From Octopus vulgaris (taxonomy: Eukaryota): a stretch of DNA of 64,000 nt. Both the position numbers and the translations under genes were made by a program. The notes under the pieces were generated by a model. That model saw only the letters and a program-made list of their open reading frames with translations. It did no database searches and was not told where the DNA came from. The stretch covers positions 28,086,001 to 28,150,000 of the forward strand of contig OX597842.1 in assembly GCA_951406725.2 (NCBI GenBank), in the 5' to 3' direction. Within the stretch, counting starts at the first letter, position 1; every line of letters starts with the position of its first letter. Below are positions 12,611-26,850 of this stretch, one piece after another.

Positions 12611-13270
12611 TACAACTGGCGATGTTTGTCAAATCAGATTTCGGACTCCATGTCCCACCCAAGTGGAGAGTTATAGTTTACAGAGACATATCTTGGTGAA
12701 CGAAGTTTATTCGAGATTTTTTGATGGAATTTTTCCAGAGACTTCTTGAACTTTATGGGGTCTGTTTCTGCTTTAATGTGTTTTGATATCATGTTAAAGA
12801 GAGTGGGGCCACTTGATGTGAAATAATTGTGCCAAATTGTTATTATGAGATGCAAGTGGGATTTATGTGGTTGGTCGATCGCATGGGGCAGAAGTCTTGG
12901 GTATATCTTAAAGGAGATGCCAGCATAATTCGGGAAATGCTGCTGGAATATTTTCAACATCATGCAGATGATACAGCGCTCATGACGACATCGAAGAGAA
13001 TAAAGCTTTAGCTTTTCTAGTCGACGACTCCAATGGTCAAGGACTGTCACTTTTGTAATTGACCTTTGAGATGCTTCAAGTTTCATGGGAATTTGTTCTG
13101 TGAGGGGAGACCACAGTGGACAACTGTATTGAAAGAGGGGTCAGGCAAAAGTAGAGAAGAGAAGGATAATGGTGAGGATATCAGGATATCTCTCGACTGG
13201 AAAGTTCTGAGAATCCAGGAACACATTCTGCTGACCATGTTAACTTTGTTGTGTATATGAGCGGCCCACC
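12611..13270 (-). mobile_element. Decayed CR1/L2-type LINE 3' fragment (subunit copy)
   Basis: ORF 12634..13086; paralog of 2201-2857. Confidence 0.8.
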
Positions 13271-13341
13271 TTCTATATATATATGTATATCTATCTGTCT
13301 GTCTCTGTGTCTATCTACGTATCTATCTATCTATCTAACTA

Positions 13342-13385
<44 letters not shown>

Positions 13386-13793
13386 CACACACATGCATAC
13401 ACATATATATAGACATAAATGTAAATATATGTACATACATCTATTTCATATATATATTGTTTGTATATATATATATTATGTATGTATATATATATATATA
13501 TATATTTAAAGATATACATGTAAATATATGTATACACACACACACACTCACATATATATATATATACATGTATATATGTATTATATACACTCAACCAAAA
13601 TATATGTCAGTGTCTGCCTTTTCTTTCATTTGTTAAAATCATTGTCCGATATTTTTTAGTTGTGTTGTTATATCTCTCTACGCTTTATTGCCCCCACCCT
13701 CTGCCTGTCTGTCTGCCTCTCTCTCCCTCCCCCTCTCAATCTTAGTCTCTCCCTCTCATTTTCATAGTTAAGTCACGTTGCCGCTTTACTTAG

Positions 13794-13858
13794 GAAGTTA
13801 AATATTTAGAGGTGAAACAGATTAGATTTCTATTCAATAATGAATATTGTCCAATTTC
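13794..13858 (+). other. Candidate 65-nt exon copy ([21 protein letters not shown])
   Basis: ttacttag / gtaag flanks, open frame. Confidence 0.35.
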
Positions 13859-13905
13859 GTAAGATTTGTTAAACCACGCCCTAGCTGGAGCATTTTAGAT
13901 CATAA

Positions 13906-14005
<100 letters not shown>

Positions 14006-14155
14006 GTATATATATATTTGTGTGTGTGTGTCTATATATAATTATTTCATATATATATATTGTGTATACATTCTATATATACATATATATATTGTGTGTA
14101 TATATATATTATGTATGTATATGTATATATATATATATCTATCTATATCTATATA

Positions 14156-14255
<100 letters not shown>

Positions 14256-14270
14256 TACATTCTATGCATG

Positions 14271-14302
<32 letters not shown>

Positions 14303-14324
14303 AGTCTATAGGTATATGTATAAG

Positions 14325-14843
14325 CAGCAGGAGTTGAACTCCAATTACAGATTGGCTGACGATAATAATATGCAGTTGTTTAATGCCGAAAAATTCCAAG
14401 CCCTGCGCCACCAGTATCAAAACCTAACTTAAAGGGTACACTGGTCCACAGGGAATTTTAGTCTCAGAGCCTAAGTCAGTGAGGGACCTGGGTATAGACA
14501 TGAGTGGTGATACCTCTTTCCAAGTGCTCAATACCAGGATGGTGACAAAGTGCAGACGACTGGCTGGATGGATCCTAAGAACATTCCGAACCAGAGAAAA
14601 GGAAACCATGATGGTCCACTGGCGAACATTCATCCTTAGCTACCTGAATTACTGCTCACAGCTATGGTCACCCACCAGTGTGAAATTAACAGCGGACCTT
14701 GAAGCAATCCAGAGAAGATTCACAAAGAAGATCGACTCTTTGCAACAGCTCAGCTACTGGGAAAGGTTGAAACACTTAAGACTCTACTCTCTGGAGAGAA
14801 GACAGAAGAAGTATGCAGTAATATATATCTGGAAGATCCTGGC
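14325..14843 (+). mobile_element. Old CR1/L2-type LINE RT C-terminal fragment
   Basis: ORF 14479..14871 RDLGI..GWILRTF..LNYCSQLWSP..LEAIQRRFTK..YWERLK.L.LYSLERR. Confidence 0.8.
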
Positions 14844-14844
14844 C

Positions 14845-15190
14845 AGAAGGCTGCACCAGGCTCGTGTCTGATCAGGTAGGGTTTCTACCGCTGGATGCCC
14901 TCCTAATATCTACCAGTCCAAGAGTGAAATGGGTGCTTTTACGTGCCAACAGCACGGAGGCCAGTCATGTGGTACTGCCAATAGCCAAACTCAAATGGTG
15001 TTTTTTATATGCCACCTGAACAGGAGCCAGTACAGCGGTACTGGCAACGTTCATGCTTGGATGGTGCTTTTAGTAATCAACTGGCGTTGTTGCCAGGCAG
15101 GCGGTGCTATCATCGGTCATCTCAACGAATTTGATTTCACTTGCCTCAACAGGTCCTCACAAGCGAAGTTTAGTGTCCAATGAGAGACAT
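14845..15190 (-). mobile_element. Diverged RTE 3' UTR fragment
   Basis: Similar to 60300-60760 (gaaggctgcaccagg..gctggatgccct..gatttcacttgcctcaacaggtc). Confidence 0.7.
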
Positions 15191-15251
15191 GTACGGATAT
15201 ATACATATACATACACACAGAAATATATATATATACATACATATGTATGTA

Positions 15252-15333
<82 letters not shown>

Positions 15334-16119
15334 CACACACAGTTTATATCCATTTAAAAGGAAAAAAGATGGGTCCATATATAACATCAAAAGGAGCAGC
15401 TGTTTTTCTCTGATGAAAATACACTCATGTCACATAAATGTAAAATTAATGTACAAATTTGTAATTAATTTATTGAAACAATTGTAAGCAGCGAAGATGA
15501 CCACTTTGTAAGCAATAAACAATTATCAACTTCCTTATCTCCATTTTCTTTTCTTTTTGAAATGGATATAAACTATATTCTTAATATATACCTATTGTTT
15601 TAAGGGTAGTTCATTGCCCAAAAATAATAGGTATTCAACCAGTGTTTCCTTAAATGCAACCATCCCTTCACAAGGTTAACATATCCCCTAATTATATACT
15701 TATATTCAATTTATATATATATGTATATATGAGTATATGCATGTATGTATAGACAGATAGATGAATTGATGGATAGGTGTGAGTGTATACATATTTCGGT
15801 CTTACCTATTCTTTCTAAATACATACACCCACATACATTCATACCTGCGTGTTTCTAAATTGACGCAAAAGGTTGACCTAAGATTTGAATAGGGATAAGA
15901 AATTTAATGACAATAAATTGAGATGTTTTAGAATTTCTTTAGAATTGTTAAAGAAAAGAAATAGTGACTCACCAGGTGAATGAGTGTTTCATTGTGTAAG
16001 AAATAGCAGGTACGCAGATAGCCATGTATATGTACATATATGGATATAAATACGTGTGTATGAATGTATGTGTACAGTTGTATTTGTATTTAAGTATGTT
16101 GATGTTTATGTTTGCACAA

Positions 16120-16165
<46 letters not shown>

Positions 16166-16634
16166 CTATGTTTGGATTTATACGTGTATGTATGATTGTT
16201 TGTAGTTATGTATATACGTAAACATGAATTGTTCGTGTATGAATATATGTATTTATGTATATATGGTGATGATGACGATGGCTATCCACTCATGAGTAAA
16301 AAAGGCCATCACTGACCATCTACCATGCGAAATGTCTGCAAGGACAGTTCTAAGTAGTATTGTGTTCATGGTCAGCTTTATTCGGATTCGCAGCTGTGGC
16401 CTTCATGCATGCCGCAGGGCCCTCCTAGTTGACCACGTATCGTAAATGACTCTTATCTAGCAATCGTACAATCGAGAATATTAAATCCAATAAGGCTTGG
16501 CTGACCCCTCACTGATACTTTGCACACTATTGACATGATCCAGAGACAAGCCAGGACAAGCTATCAAGTGCCAATGTGAGGGCACTATGATCCCATGCGC
16601 AAGGAAAACACTCCCCATAAATTGAGGTGTCTTT

Positions 16635-16666
<32 letters not shown>

Positions 16667-16805
16667 CACATACATGCACATATTATGGATGTATACACAC
16701 ATACTTCATCATTTTAAACACATATAGACACCTTCTTTGGGTGAAGCAGTGGGAAGTTATGGTGTTTTGAGTAGTATAGTTTGTATATATATATATATTA
16801 TATAT

Positions 16806-16878
<73 letters not shown>

Positions 16879-17058
16879 GATAATATATTTATATATGTAT
16901 GTATGTATTTGTATATATATATATATAAAATATATATATATGTATATATATATACATGTATGTGTGTATGTATATATATATATATATACATACATATATG
17001 TATATGTGTATATATGTATGTACATGTATATATGTTAGTATATGTGTATACGTGTGTG

Positions 17059-17139
<81 letters not shown>

Positions 17140-17143
<4 letters not shown>

Positions 17144-17798
17144 CTAGCGATGTTAGTCAAATCAGAATTCGGACACCATGTCCCGCCCAAATAGCCATTT
17201 ATAGTTTACAGAGACATATGTTGGTGAACGAAGTTTATTCGGGATTTTCCTAAGGAAATTTTCCAGAGACTTCTTGAACTTTATGGGGTCTGTTTCTGCT
17301 TTAATGTGTTTTGATATTATGTTAAAGAGAGTGGGGCCACTTGATGTGAAATAATTGTGCCAAATTGTTATTATGAGATGCAAGTGGGATTTATTTGGTT
17401 GGTCGATCGCATGGGGCAGAAGTCTTGGGTATATCTTAAAGGAGATGCCAGCATAATTCGGGAACTGCTGCTGGAATATTTTCAACATCATGCAGATGAT
17501 ACAGCGCTCGTGACGACATTGAAGAGAATAAAGCTTCAGCTTTTCTAGTCGACGACTCAAATGGTCAAGGACTGTCATTTTTGTAATTGACCTTTGGGGT
17601 GCTTCAAGTTTCATGGGAATTTGTTCTGTGAGGGTAGACCACAGTGGACAACTGTATTGAATAAGGGGTCAGGCAAAAGTGGAGAAGAGAAGGATAATGG
17701 TGAGGACATCAGGATATCTCTCGACTGGAAAGTTCTGAGAATCCAGGAACACATTCTGCTAACCATGTTAACTTTGCTGTGTATATGAGCCGCCCACC
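17140..17798 (-). mobile_element. Decayed CR1/L2-type LINE 3' fragment (subunit copy)
   Basis: ORF 17162..17614; paralog of 2201-2857. Confidence 0.8.
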
Positions 17799-17857
17799 TT
17801 CTATATATATGTAAATCTATCTGTCCATCTGTGTGTCAATCTACGTATCTATCTATG

Positions 17858-17889
<32 letters not shown>

Positions 17890-18253
17890 TATACTCACAT
17901 ATATACACCTATATATAGATATACATGTAAATATATGTATACACACACACAGACACACACATATATATATATATATATATAAATATACATGTATATATAT
18001 ATATATATAAATATACATGTACATGTATATAAGTATTATATACACTCATCCAAATGTATGCCTGTGTCTGCCTTTTCTTTAATTTGTTAAAATCATTGTC
18101 CGAATTTTTTTAGTTGTTGCGTTGTTATATCTCTCTATGCTTTATTGCACCCACCCTCTGACTGTCTGTCTGCCTCTCTCTCCCTCCCCGCCCTCTCACT
18201 CTTAGTCTCTCCCTCTCAATTTCATAGTTAAGTCAGGTTGCCGCTTTACTTAG

Positions 18254-18318
18254 GAAGTTAAATATTTAGAGGAGAAAAAGATTAGATTTCTATTCAATAA
18301 TGAATATGGTTCAATTTC
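18254..18318 (+). other. Candidate 65-nt exon copy ([21 protein letters not shown])
   Basis: ttacttag / gtaag flanks, open frame. Confidence 0.35.
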
Positions 18319-18418
18319 GTAAGATTTGTTCAACTACACCCTAGCTGGAGCATTTTAGATCATAAAACATATATATGCATATATATATACACACACACGT
18401 AAATATGAATGTATATGC

Positions 18419-18475
<57 letters not shown>

Positions 18476-18596
18476 CATACATGCACACATATTTGTGCGT
18501 ATATATATGTGTGTGTGTGTTTATATATAATTATTTCATATATATATTGAGTGTATATATATATATATTATGTACGTATATGTATATATATATATC

Positions 18597-18656
<60 letters not shown>

Positions 18657-18659
<3 letters not shown>

Positions 18660-19179
18660 TCATCATCATCATCGTTAAACGTCCGTTTTCCGCGCTAGCA
18701 TGGGTTGGACGGTTCAACCGGGTTTGGGGAGCCAGGGGCTGCCCCAGGCTCCAGTCTGATCTGGCAGTGTTTCTACAGCTGGATGCCCTTCCTAACGCCA
18801 ACCACTCCGCGAGTGTAGTGGGTGCTTTTTACGTGCCACCTGCACAGGTGCCAGAGGGGTCTGGCATCGGCCACGATCGGTTGGTGCTTTTTTATGTGCC
18901 ACTGGCACAGAAACCAGTCAAGTTGGTGCTGGCATCGGCCACGTTCGGATGGTGCTTTTTATGTGTCACCGGCACAGAAACCAGTCAAGTTGGTGCTGGC
19001 ATCGGCCACGTTCGGATGGTGCTTTTTATGTGTCACCGGCACAGGTATCACAACTACTGTTTTCATTGATATTGGTTCGATGTTCATGTACATGCACTTG
19101 ACTCAACAGGTCTCCTCAAGCACAGCGAGATGTTCCGGGATCCTACGATCGGTTGGTGCTTTTTATGTGCCACCGGCAC

Positions 19180-19180
<1 letters not shown>
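18657..19180 (-). mobile_element. RTE 3' end fragment
   Basis: (CAT)n then cgttaaacgtccgttttcc..gctagcatgggttggacgg, the reverse complement of the 8250-8417 terminus. Confidence 0.85.
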
Positions 19181-19235
<55 letters not shown>

Positions 19236-19301
19236 TAGATAGATAGATAGATAGATACATAGGTATATATAGATTCTATGCATATATATATATATATATA
19301 T

Positions 19302-19626
19302 GTAGGTCCCGAGTTGAGTCGGGGTTAACCACAGTACATAAGTTACTCAATACATAGCAGAGTAAATTAATTTATTTTATAGAAGGAGCTTCTACAGGAC
19401 TAGAACTGTTTCATTCAAAAGAAATCATCAGGAAGCTAGGTAACAAGAATAGTTTCGGCATTTATACATTTAGGCAGGTTTAAAGGGGTGGTGGTGGGGG
19501 ACTTTTTGGGGTAGGCATGGCGCAAACTATCATTCTTAGGGGAGTGGTCAAAGGAATTAGTGATAAAGTAGATAAAAGAATAAATAGAATAATAGGGTTT
19601 TAGGTAAATAAGGAGACTCTCACTTA
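19302..19626 (-). mobile_element. Probable Penelope-like terminal fragment carrying a hammerhead
   Basis: Non-microsatellite island containing a hammerhead motif; the Penelope assignment is inferred from that motif only. Confidence 0.5.
19387..19437 (-). ncRNA. Type I hammerhead ribozyme motif (family B)
   Basis: Minus strand AGCUUC-CUGAUGA-uUUC(UUUU)GAAu-GAAA-CAG(UUCUAGUC)CUG-UA-GAAGCU; 6-bp helix I. Confidence 0.8.
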
Positions 19627-19655
19627 TACACATATATACACATATATATAAACGT

Positions 19656-19690
<35 letters not shown>

Positions 19691-19736
19691 CACACACACA
19701 CATACATACATATATACATATATATATACAGATACA

Positions 19737-19770
<34 letters not shown>

Positions 19771-19830
19771 CACACACACACACATACAAACATATATACA
19801 TATATATATACACATACATATATATATATA

Positions 19831-19874
<44 letters not shown>

Positions 19875-20492
19875 ACATATATGCATATACACATATACAT
19901 ACACATACACACACATATCCATATACACATGTACATATGCACCCATTTACATACATCTACGTACACACCAATACCCATACTCATACATACACTCATATCC
20001 CTACACACTTATATCTAAAAATAAATATAAATATAAATACAAATACAAATATAAAGGGGGATATACACCCCCATACATACACGCTCATATATCTATACAT
20101 ACCCACACTTTGACCTCGACCCAACAGGCCAGCTCTCCCAAGGGAGCTAGCTTAGCCAGCCTAAAGACACCATTTATTGCTCCTTTCCCTTCCTTTCTAT
20201 CTTTCTTCACACTGATACGAACACAAACACTCACAGACGCACACACACACACACGCACACTCATTCACATACACAAACGCACGTGTTATATTCATACATA
20301 CATAAGTGTACCGACTTTCACATAAACGTACACATAACTATGTACACACAAAAAAACCCACATACGCACGCACATACCTACATATACATACACATATATA
20401 CTTACACCAGTCATATACAAACCTACATACACATACATACATATACACGTATATATACTCACACATATATACACATACACCTATATACACAC

Positions 20493-20531
<39 letters not shown>

Positions 20532-20993
20532 CACATACATATACATACACACACATCTACATACACATACATATACATCCGTACGCACACCCTATTACAT
20601 ACATACATCCACACAGAGGTATACAGGCATCTACACACATACACATACATACACATATATATACATATACCCCTGCGCGCCTACACGGACCCCTTGTACC
20701 TTGGATACCAATTCCCGGATTTTTGCACCTACGGATTACTTTTACCAGTCGTCTGGACCTACGGATTACCTGCTACCTTTTTTCCGGAGTACTGCTACTA
20801 TCGTGATTGAAAATCATTATTTAATCTGTCCGTTGACTCTCTTAACTCTTTCCTAATTTTTTTCTACTTTTTTCTACTTTGTTCTATTGTTTTCAAACTA
20901 TCTTCCCCTTTTGCTTTTTTTATCTTCCTTTTGTCTCTCCTTTTTTCTGTATCGCCACCACCCACATTTACCTGTTTGCCACCACTTCTCATC

Positions 20994-23837
20994 ATGCCTG
21001 ACTTGCACTCGTTCGTCCAACACCTTCAATCCCTCCTTAGCCGCTTTCTCGCGTTCTACCCCCCACAATGTTCCGCACCTGCTAAAAAACTTTCCCCGCT
21101 TGCTTTTTAAGAAAACTCGCCATTCCAGCCATCTCTCCTTTCTCAGCCGTTGCCTCCGCCATCATGTCACACCCCGCGGTTTCCTCTTGAAGTTCCACGC
21201 TACCCCCTATTCCTCCCCCTTCATCGAACCCACCCTCGCTCGTACCTCCCGCTCCCTCCTCCGCGCCACCATCCGCTCCACCCGCCCTCTCCTTGACTCC
21301 CTCGACCATCAACTTCCCCAGGCCTACCTCCTTCTCTCCGCCCTCTGCCCTCCACTCTTCACCCAACCTATCCTCCGCTTCATTCTTAATCTCAACCACC
21401 AACTCCACAACTTCCTCACACACAAAAAACAAAAAACTCCACCACCTCCTCAACCCCTCACCCCCTTCCCCATCCTCCCCCACTGCTCCCCCAAACCCCT
21501 CTTTCGTACTTACCCCTCCCCCTCCCACGGACCCACACCGTGACCTTCCTACGCCTAACCCATCTTCACCCAACCACCCCTACCCTCCCCTTCACACCCC
21601 TGCACCCCCTCTGCCTGACCCTAGTCCTCCCACCACCCCGCTTCCTCGCGCTGTTGTCACTATACCCCCAACCTCCCCCTCTCCGCCGCCGAGCGTTCTC
21701 TCCTCAGTAAGGGTCTCCGCTTCACGCCACTCACGCGCCACTGTGATGAGTTCGAGACTCGGGCTGACGTCAACCTGTTCCTGCGCCGCCTCAAACTTTG
21801 CGCATACTACCACGCGTCCCCGCAGCGTCACAACAATCAGGATTGCCTTGTGGAGCTGGGGCGTCGTCCATCCCACTGGACGCCGCCCCCAGGCCTATTC
21901 AGTAGCCTAGATTCGTTTGTACATGACTGCAACGCGTTGGTCCACCGGTTCAACTTTGAACCACGTCCCCGCCGAACCAACCTCACTCGAGCCGAATCCA
22001 TTGCCCTTCGCCACCTCCGCCGCCGTGATGACATCGTCATCAAGCCGGCGGACAAAGGCGGGGAAGTGGTAGTGTGGCGCGCGGACCTATACAGGGAGGA
22101 AGCGCTCAACCAGCTTCAAAATCCCCTCTTCTATCACCTCCTCCCCTCCGATCCCACCTCCTCCTACCAACAGCGAGTTTCCTCCACCATCCGCGACCTC
22201 ATCTTCTCTTCTGCTCTCCCCTCCACCGCCACCAACCTCATCGTCCGCACACCCCGCACCTCCACCATCTACTTCCTTCCCAAGATCCATAAACCCTCTA
22301 ATCCGGGCCGTCCCATAGTCTCTGCCTGTAATTGCCCCACTGAACTCATTTCCCTATACCTCGACCGCATCCTGTCCCCCCTAGTCGCAGCCCTCCCATC
22401 CCACATACACGATACTAACCACGCCCTCCGTCTCTCCAATTCCTTTTCCTTCCCTTCCAACCCCTCACACCTCCTCTTCACATTAGATGTAAAATCCCTG
22501 TACACTGTGATTCCCCACAATGACGGTCTCCTAGCCCTCCAACACTTCCTCGACCGTCGTCCCGACCCCACCCCTAGCACCCCCACCCTCCTCCGCTTGG
22601 CCGAGCTCGTCCTCACCCTCAACTGTTTCACGTTCGCCGGGGAAACGTACCAACAGGTGTCCGGGGTCGCGATGGGAACTAGGATGGGCCCCAATTTCGC
22701 CAATCTCTTTCTTGGCTACATTGAGGCCCAAGTATTCTCCCAGTTCTCCGGGCCGACCCCCGAACTATACGGTCGCTATATAGACGACTGCATAGGTGCC
22801 ACCTCTCTTTCCCGCGAACTCCTCTGCCAATTCATCTCTTTCCTTTCCAACTTTCACCCCTCCCTTCAATTCACATCCACCATCTCCAACACCTCTGTCA
22901 ACTTCCTCGACATCTCTCTCCGAATCGACCACCCCTCCAAGTCTCTCACCACCTCCGCCTTCTTTAAACCTACGGATTCCCACCTCTATCTCAACTTCTC
23001 CTCCTCCCACCCCTTCCACACCAAACGAGCTATCCCCTACTCCCAGTTCCTCCGCCTCCGACGTTTGTGCAGCCGCGACCAGGATTTCGAGACCCAATCT
23101 CAATACCTGGCCCGCCTGTTCAGACTCCGAGGTTACCCACCCATACTCATCTCTAATGCTCTCACCCGCGCCCGACGCATCGACCGCACCACCGCCCTGT
23201 CTCCTTCCCCCCATCCACCCCCCAACCGCACCCCTTCCCCCTCCTTTTCCACCCCTCTACCCTACCCCTTCGTCGCAAGATACTACGTGCCTTCCGTCGC
23301 CTCCAGCTTCATCCCACAACCCGTCCCATTTTCCCTAACCCACCCCTGTCCTCCTTCAAACGAGCCCGTAATCTACGGGACCTCCTGGTCCACAGCACCC
23401 TCTCTCCTTCCCCCTCAGCCCCACACGGATCATTCCCTTGCTCTAGATCCCGCTGCAACACTTGCCCCTTCATCACCAACACCACTGCTGTCACCGGCTC
23501 CAACCGGCGCACTGTACGTATTAGGCACTCTTTTACGTGCACCTCGTCTGGCCTCATTTACTGCATTAAATGCAACCTATGCGGGATGCTGTATGTAGGA
23601 CAGACGGGACGCCGGTTGTCCGATCGATTCACAGAACATTTGAGGGACGTTCGCCTACACTCCCTTTCTCCTATCGCACGCCACTTCCGCTCGGCCTGCC
23701 ATTCCCTAGATGACATCTCAGTGTTTGGTCTCGCCCCCAACAATGGCCGTCCTCTTTCTAGGCTCCACTTGGAGCAACGCTACATCTTCACCCTACAAAC
23801 CACTACCCCACACGGACTTAACACACCCTCCTCCTAG
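20994..23837 (+). pseudogene. Frameshifted Penelope-like RT / GIY-YIG endonuclease ORF
   Basis: IKPADKGG..VV, YFLPKIHK..PGRPIVS, LDVKSLYT, GVAMG..MGP.FANLFL, RYIDD, VNFLD, KPTD; C-terminal CSRSRCNTC and LIYCIKC..CGMLYVGQTGRRLSDRFTEH..PHGLN; several frameshifts. Confidence 0.92.
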
Positions 23838-26413
23838 TTTTTGTTTTCTTTTTTTTTCGGATAAACACCCCCTCACACACACACACCTACCTACATCCCA
23901 CACGCCTGTTCAAACACACACATACGGATACACATCTACGTACACGCATTCATACATCTAATCACACATACTTACAGACACACATGCACACACTAACATA
24001 CAAACCAACACGCACATACATACACACATACACACATACACACACACATACATACTTACACACACACACACAGACATACATATATACATACACACACACA
24101 TACATACGTACACACATACACACACACACACACATCGCACATACGTACTTCACACACCTATACTTACATACACACACACACATGCACACATACATGTACG
24201 CACACACACATACATACACACATACCCACACATGTACACCTTTACACGAATGCACACACACATACACCTATTCGCATCCAGGCAGCCCACCCCCTTTTTT
24301 CTGCTTTCTAGTTTTGGTTGATGGATCCTCGGTTCCCGTGGAGCGGGTTGTTCGGGGACCATCGCGCGCGCAACCCTTGGCGCGTGACGGTTGGTCGGCC
24401 CCATGGGCTTGCGTTGTATTGTTTGTGTGTTGTGTGTGCGAGCGCGCTTCGTGTGTGTGGGCGTGCTTCGGTTGTGTGCGTGCGTATGTATACATACATA
24501 CCCACACACACGCATGCATTCCTACCCACACACATACACGCACACCTACTCACACACACACTTACACACACACATACACACACATACCTGCGACATACAC
24601 ACATACACTCACACCCACACGCATACACACACACATACACACGCACACACACACACAGACATACACCCATACACTCACACCCACACGCATACACACACAC
24701 ATACACACGCACACACACACACACCCACATACATACATACATTAAACTTGTACACACACACACATACATACACACACACACACACACACATACATACACA
24801 CACATACCTACTTCAGACATACACACACACAGACATACACCCATACACTCACACTCACACGCATACACACACACACACATACACACGCACACACCTACAT
24901 ACATACATTACACTTGTACACACACACACTTACATTCATACACACACACACCTACAGAGCCATAGCTTCACTCATACATACACACATACCTACACACACA
25001 CACAAACACTCACAGACACACACCCATACATGCATACACCTATACACACACGCCTACACACATACATAAACACATACATACGCACACACACATATACTTA
25101 CACACATGCACACACACACACATACATACATACACCCACACACACATACTTACATACTCCTATACGCACATACATACACACAGACATACACACATACACA
25201 CTCACACATACATACACACACACATACTTACACACACACTCGCCTGCACGCGCACACACATGCATGACAAACACCCATACACTCACACTCACATACACAC
25301 ACACCAACATATACACGCACACGCACACACACACACGCACGCCTACACACCTACATACACACACATACACGGACACACCCATACATACTTACATACATAC
25401 ACCTATACACACACGCCTACACACCTACATACACACACATACACACACACACGTACGCACATACACACACATATACGCACATACATATATACCTACACAC
25501 ATGCACACACACACACACACACATACGCACACGCATGCATGCACGCGTGCACACCTACACGCATACATGCACACACACACACACACACGCACGTACACAT
25601 ACATACATACATACACACACACATACATACACCCATACACATACATGCATCCTACACACACAGACATACACACTCACACACTTCCACACGCGCACACACA
25701 TGCACATACACACACTTCCACACACACACACGTACATACATACACACTCATACACACACACACACACACACACACACGGACATACATCTATACACACACA
25801 TATACACACACACATACTTACATACATTCATCGGACACACTGACACTCAGACTTACACACAGACACACTCACACATCCACACACATACATACTCACACAC
25901 GCAATCGCAGGCGCGCGCACATGCTCGCTTGTGCGCGTTCGCGCACGCATACACGCACGCTTGCACAACGCTCATGTTTGACCGACCGGATCTCCTGTCC
26001 GTATCTGGGGCCGGCGCGTTGTCTTTGGGTTCTCCCACGCCTGTCGCCGCGGGACCACTCTTCCATCTTCCCCCTCCTCTCCCCCCTTCGCTGCAGTTCT
26101 TTTCCCTTAAACCCCCCTTTTGTACACACACGCACACACATACACACACCCACTCACACACACACATTTGCATATATATACACATTACACTTACACACAC
26201 TTCAAATTTACTTGCCACACACACAACAACGCACGCTGGACATATACACACACTACCACTCAACACACACACTGGCAAGTTACATACGCCCCCACCCTTT
26301 CCCGCCCCGCACGCACTAACATATACATATTTTCTGTTTTTTTTATCACGCCTCACACACACATACACACACGCACACGCACACACTCACACATACATAC
26401 ACACGCACACACA

Positions 26414-26850
26414 CATACCTCCCTGTTTCTGATCTGCCTTTCCGACTTGCTAGGGTACCCTCACACCACTCCTTTAATTCTACTACTGCCCGCTACAAGC
26501 CATTGTCCACCATACACACACATATACACACGCACACATACATACACACGCACACACACACACACACATACCTCCCTGCTTCTGATCTGCCTTTCCGACT
26601 TGCTAGGGTACCCTCACACCACACCTTTAATTCTACTACTGCCCGCTACAAGCCATTGTACACCATACACACACATATACACACGCACACATTCACACAT
26701 ACATACACACGCACACACACATACCTCCCTGCTTCTGATCTGCCTTTCCGACTTGCTAGGGTACCCTCACACCACTCCTTTAATTCTACTACTGCTTGCT
26801 ACTAGCCATTGTCCACCATACACACACACGCACACTCACACACACACACA
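26414..26850 (+). repeat. Three tandem ~150-bp repeats in the Penelope 3' region
   Basis: catacctccctg..gacttgctagggtaccctcacacc..gccattgt repeated 3 times with CA spacers; also at 43981-44415. Confidence 0.9.

Noticed and set aside
15408-15440. CTGATGA as a further hammerhead core
   Set aside because: No helix II, GAAA or helix I complement nearby
21082-23557. Long antisense and alternate-frame Gly- or Pro/Ser-rich ORFs
   Set aside because: Shadows of the C-rich Penelope ORF
24391-26319. 642-aa His/Thr-rich ORF
   Set aside because: CA-repeat artefact; frame not preserved in the duplicate at 41.8-43.9 kb
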